Assembly: GCA_951406725.2 (NCBI GenBank)
Contig: OX597818.1
Location: 15,252,001-15,316,000 of the forward strand
Direction: 5' to 3'
Source of the DNA: Octopus vulgaris
Taxonomy: Eukaryota
DNA length: 64,000 nt
The notes beneath the pieces are model-generated. The model saw nothing but the letters and a program-made list of their open reading frames with translations. It was not told the origin of the DNA and did not search any database. Shown here one piece after another: positions 59,166-64,000 of the stretch. A program made the translations under genes and the position numbers. Every line of letters begins with the position of its first letter. Positions within the stretch are counted from its first letter, which is position 1.

Positions 59166-60419
59166 CAGGCACACACATGGCTGTGTGGAAAGAAGCTTAC
59201 TTCCCAGCTATGTGACTCTGTGTTCAGTCCCACTGCGTGGCACCTTGGGCAGGTGTCTTCTACTATAGCCTTGGGCCAACTAAAACCTTGTGAGTAGATT
59301 TGGTAGGCAGAAACGGAAAGAAGCTTTTCATATATACATATATACATACATATGTGCACTCTATACGATCTTTTTACTCTTTCGTTTTTCTCTCTCTTTT
59401 TTTACCTCCTCTTCTCCCACTATTCTATCCTATTACTCTGTCACTCTCTGTCCCTCACCCCTCCCTTGCTCACGTGGCTCCTATGTGGCTACTGGCCATC
59501 TTTCATTTTTCTCTTAACTTGTGTTTCTTTCTTTCTCTCCATTGTAGCTGGAACAAGGAAGATGTGTTCTTGTCTGTCTCCTGTCCAAGCTTGATTTACA
59601 CGTTCACCACCACAAACTCGTTTAGGTTTAGCAGCCATTCCTGTTTGTTTTCACTGTCCTGTGTGTGTTACCAATTTTGACCTTCTGTAAAATCCCAAAT
59701 TTTATTTAATTTAACTTGTGGGAGCAACTGTTTTATCGAAAGCGTATATTGTTGCTAAATGCTCGAAATACGAGAGCAGAAAAACATCCAGCTACAGAAG
59801 AAGGGTCGTTCTTATGTTTATATACGTTTATATATGTTTTGCAAGATTCTTGATGTGAATTCATGTGTTGAAATGGATATTGTTGTATTTGGGGATGGTC
59901 ATGTTGCTAGTTTAGCCAATGCAAACACACACACTATATTTTTGGTTTTCATTTGCTTCAGCTTTATTTTATATTAATTGTATTTCAGCCAGAGGTCTTT
60001 TGTCACACTTCTGTGACCTCATCAGTGGTCCTCTGCTTTCTTCTTTCTTTTTTGTGTCTCTTCCTAATGATCTGTCATTTTGTATTCCTGTTGTATGTGT
60101 CTTTGTTTAAGCATGCATATATCCCTGTGTGTGTATATGTTTAGTAAGTGTGTGTGTCGGAATGTGTATGGTACCTGCTTTATCAGTATCCCCTGTTTAT
60201 TCACGTTCATTTAATTTACTTTTATTTATTTCTAAAATTTGTTTTTATGTACTTACTTTTTCATTTCTTTCTTTTTTTTTGTATTAATTTAATTTAATTT
60301 ATTATATTTTGTTTATGTATATAATTATCTAATTCCATTTATTTATCTGTCAATTGTATTAGTTTCATATTATTATTAGTTTATGGGGATCTTATTTTGT
60401 CATAGGTTGAGATGTGTGG

Positions 60420-61026
60420 AGTGTGTGTGCTAGTGTCCCATTCTAGTTTTCTGTTTAGGCTAAGCTTATCTTCTTTTATGTGTGTAGCTTCCGTAATTTG
60501 CGTCTGTTCTATGCATGGACAAGATTTTAACTTCTATGTTGTTGAGTGAGCCCCCTTGTTCCTGCTCAATATGCTGGTATAGAACTGATGAGCTCTTCTA
60601 TTCCTTAAGTTCCCTCCAATGTCCATTTATCCACTCTCCTATGCTCCGTGCTGTTTCCCCTATATACGTGATTGTCTTGTTTCTGCACCATCCCTATGTA
60701 CATCTTATACTATAAACTACATTCCTAGCTTTACAGTTTCTTTGTGGGCTAAATCTACATACAATACAGTTCCTGTCAGTACAAGGGGTTCTATTAAAAG
60801 GGTAGGTTCTACTGATTAGGGATTTGATAGGGTTACTTGACCTTTCCCCAACCTTAATTCTTAGCTTAAGCTTGTCTAGGGTCCTTCTAAAGCAGTACGC
60901 CAGTCCACCTCTAGGGGTAGTGTTGACAAACAAGACATACTGATATTTGTGGCTATCATACCATGAGTTGGCCTTCCCTATTTTCTTCTTAGTCCTTTCA
61001 AAGGTATTCCATAACTGTTTCATTCT
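60420..61026 (-). mobile_element. PLE 3' fragment (Cys-rich linker plus GIY-YIG; Naiad/Neptune-like)
   Basis: VLFVNTTP...IKVGERS...PF...CTDRNCIVC...CKARNVVYSIRC...YIGETARS...LNRKLEW. Confidence 0.75.
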
Positions 61027-62100
61027 TTGACACGAAAGTATAGAGAGAGACTTAAAAAATTTCAAGCACTTCTGAATGGACATGATGTAAACATTCAATT
61101 TACGATGGAATATAGCCACCACCAACTTCCATTCCTCGACATCCTCATTAAGAAATCCAACAACAAAATAGAATCAGACATATACTATAAGACCACAGGC
61201 TCCAAGCAATATCTACCATTCAACTCATGCCACCCCAGACACACTAGAATGAATATCCCTTATAACCTGGCAAAAAGAAAAGATTTGTACTATAGTTTCT
61301 GATACAAGCACCAGGGACACACGACTACATGAGCTAAAGGATACACTCGTCATCAGGAACTATCCACCATCACTAAATGATATAGACTTTTAACATACCC
61401 TACAACTCAATATCCACGAACTCAGACTTCCCAAACTAAAGAAGGATTTACAACCAAAAGTCCTACCGTACATATGCACACACAACTCCCTAAACAGTGA
61501 GACCTTTGACAACATCCCTTTACTAAAAAGGGACCATAGAATGGATCAAATCCTCCAGACACACTCCCTGATAAAGAGCAAAAGACAGCCCAAGTCAATG
61601 AAAAGTCTTCTAACAATGAAAAGTCTTCTAACACAGGCCAAGTACACTCGTCGACAACACCGAAACCAACAGTAAAAAATGCAGAAGACCTAACTGTGGT
61701 ATATGTGCCAACCTAATTGAGGTCAATGTTTTACAGTGAAAAACAACTTCACATGTGCTTTGGGAAACCTAATATATGTATTAACTTGCTCAGGATGTTG
61801 AGAATAACATATTGGTCAAACTAAAAGCAATCTATGCCAGAGGATGGTGGTACATAAATCCCAGATTAAAATATGAGAATACAGAAAAATAGGATTAAGC
61901 GAGTACATCGATATTTGCACCACTAATGAACAACCAGCTTTAGTATTTCTCCCCTCTATAAATTCAGGGACAATGCAACCTATAATCAGTGAATTAGCAA
62001 AGAAGCATATTTTATTGCAAAATATAAACCTATTTTGAATGCCTCCACAGATGAAATTACTACAAGAATTTAGAACAATTCCAACCACTACTCTTAGGAC
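61027..62100 (+). mobile_element. PLE 3' fragment (RT C-terminus plus GIY-YIG; Penelope/Poseidon-like), frameshifted
   Basis: NIQFTME..LPFLDILI..IYYKTT..YLPFNSCHP; NFTC..NLIYVLTC..IGQTK. Confidence 0.85.
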
Positions 62101-62400
62101 CATAGCAGGTCACTTTTAGGTCATTTGACCATTGAAGAAGATTCCACGAACAATCTACTGTCACAGTACTCCTGTATTTTTCTCTTTTCTTTTCTTTCTC
62201 CTTCTTCCTCTTCTTTCCCTACTCCTACTTTTCTTCCTCCTTCATCTCCTCCTCCTCCTTCCTTTTTTCTTCTTCTTTTACTTCTCTTCCTCTTCCTCCC
62301 TCAGATGCTTCTGCTTAAACCATCAATTCTCTGTAGTCATAAACTATCCCTTCAAATTTACTACTACCTATCTACCAAGCATTCACAAAGAGATAGAGAA

Positions 62401-62436
<36 letters not shown>

Positions 62437-62615
62437 TCTCTGAAGACTATGGAAATATTTACAAAACATTTCACTTAATTTCTTTTCTCCAATTTAATTG
62501 TTTTTTTATATTTTACTCTTAGTTGGAAAAGTTAAACAACAGAAACTGGTACTAAAATGTACTTCATGATAAAAGAATTTTAGCATTTTCTACCTTGTCT
62601 TTTTTTCCTTATATA

Positions 62616-62831
62616 CAGAGTGTCCCAGAAGTCATGCGCCATTGTGGTTTTCATTAAAAATAATTAATGCAATTCATTTTATTATATTTTTCTGTATGTT
62701 ATTTTTTTTCTTTGCTGCTGGTGCTCAATTTGAGCATTTGTTATGATTAATTTCAATAAAGTGTTTTTGAAATCAATAAAGGTGTATCCTTTTAAAAAAC
62801 CAGTATAATGCAGAACTTCTGGGACACCCTG
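62616..62831. mobile_element. Tc1-like MITE
   Basis: TIRs CAGAGTGTCCCAGAAGT / ACTTCTGGGACACCCTG with TA TSD. Confidence 0.8.
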
Positions 62832-63034
62832 TATATATACTCTTTTACTCTTTTACTTGTTTCAGTCATTTGACTGCGGCCATGCTGGAGCACCGCCTTT
62901 AGTTGAGCAAATCGACCCCAGGACTTATTCTTTGTAAGCCCAGTACTTATTCTATCGGTCTCTTTTGCCGAACCGCTAAGTGACGGGGACGTAAACACAC
63001 CAGAATCGGTTGTCAAGCAATACTAGGGGGACAA

Positions 63035-63073
<39 letters not shown>

Positions 63074-63246
63074 CATATATACGACAGGCTTCTTTCAGTT
63101 TCCGTCTACCAAATCCACTCACAAGGTATTGGTTGGCCTGGGGCTATAGCAGAAGACACTTGCCCAAGATGCCACACAGTGGGACTGAACCCAGAACCAT
63201 GTGGTTCGTTAGCAACACAGCAACTTACCACACAGCCACTCCTGTG

Positions 63247-63288
<42 letters not shown>

Positions 63289-64000
63289 TATCTTCATTTC
63301 CAACTTAACGTGGAAGTTGTATTAAAACACAGAATACAGAGCTTTTACCTTGTGAGGTAATTACGAGATGTGTGTGTGTGTTTTGTGTGTGTGTGTTTGT
63401 GTGTGTGTGTGCATCAAATTACATACATAACTGAAAGAGCTACTAATAGTTTCCTACTATTATGAGACTTGAACAGGCATATTTGTAAAGTACACCATGT
63501 ATTTTAAAGCAATCTTTCTGGCTCTGTTTATGTATTATATATATATTAAAAACAATGATGCTGGACTGTAAGTAAATAAGAAAAAATACTCTTTTACTTG
63601 TTTCAGTCATTTGACTGTGGCCATGCTGGAGCACCGCCTTTAGTCGTGCAAATTGACCCTAGGACTTATTCTTTGTAAGCCTAGTACTTATTCTATCGGT
63701 CTCTTTTGCCGAACCACTAAGTTACAGGAACATAAACACACCAGCATCGGTTGTCAAGTGATGTTGGAGGGGACAAACACAGACACACATACATATATAT
63801 TTATATATACATATATACGACAGGCTTCTTTCAGTTTCCATCTACCAAATTCACTCACAAGGCTTTGGTCGGCCCAAGGCTATAGTAGAAGACTCTTACC
63901 CTAGGTGCCACACAGTGGGACTGAACCCGGAACCATGTGGTTGGTAAGCAAGCTACTTACCACACAGCCACTCCTACGGAAAAAATGTGATGAATTTTGG

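Noticed and set aside
59725-59780. Hammerhead-like ...gctcgaaatacgagagcag (also ~33721-33755)
   Set aside because: GAAA is present but no recognisable NUGANNA core or consistent stems could be assigned
60694-60696. In-frame stop in the Naiad-like GIY-YIG as possible selenocysteine
   Set aside because: The codon is TAG, not TGA, and is not at a Cys position

Overview
AT-rich, repeat-dense animal genomic DNA; the SINE families and (TA)n density point to an octopus (inference). The host gene is the 3' half of CFAP44/WDR52 on the + strand: 10 GT-AG exons, 8645-58631, phase-consistent, 1623 nt (540 aa plus stop), which the ORF track largely misses. Its introns, one of 27.3 kb, hold LINE fragments (RTE, CR1/L2/Proto2-like), mariners, MITEs, tRNA-SINEs, Penelope-like element (PLE) pieces, a decayed Gypsy element and a decayed 5S rRNA copy. 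Highlight 1: an intact, young, compact 4257-bp LTR retrotransposon (36435-40691, minus strand, CACAC TSD). It has no TGG-type primer-binding site; instead it has a perfect 12-nt complement to the 5' END of tRNA-Phe abutting the LTR (Troyka-like), plus a G_GGA_AAC -1 frameshift followed by an H-type pseudoknot. Highlight 2: several small (TA)n-associated PLE/retrozyme-like elements carry minimal hammerhead ribozymes whose cores show three states of the 3-8 tertiary pair (C3-G8, U3-A8, G3-C8). One of these sits in a foldback element present as flip and flop loop isomers. All calls were read by eye; no alignments or folding programs were run.
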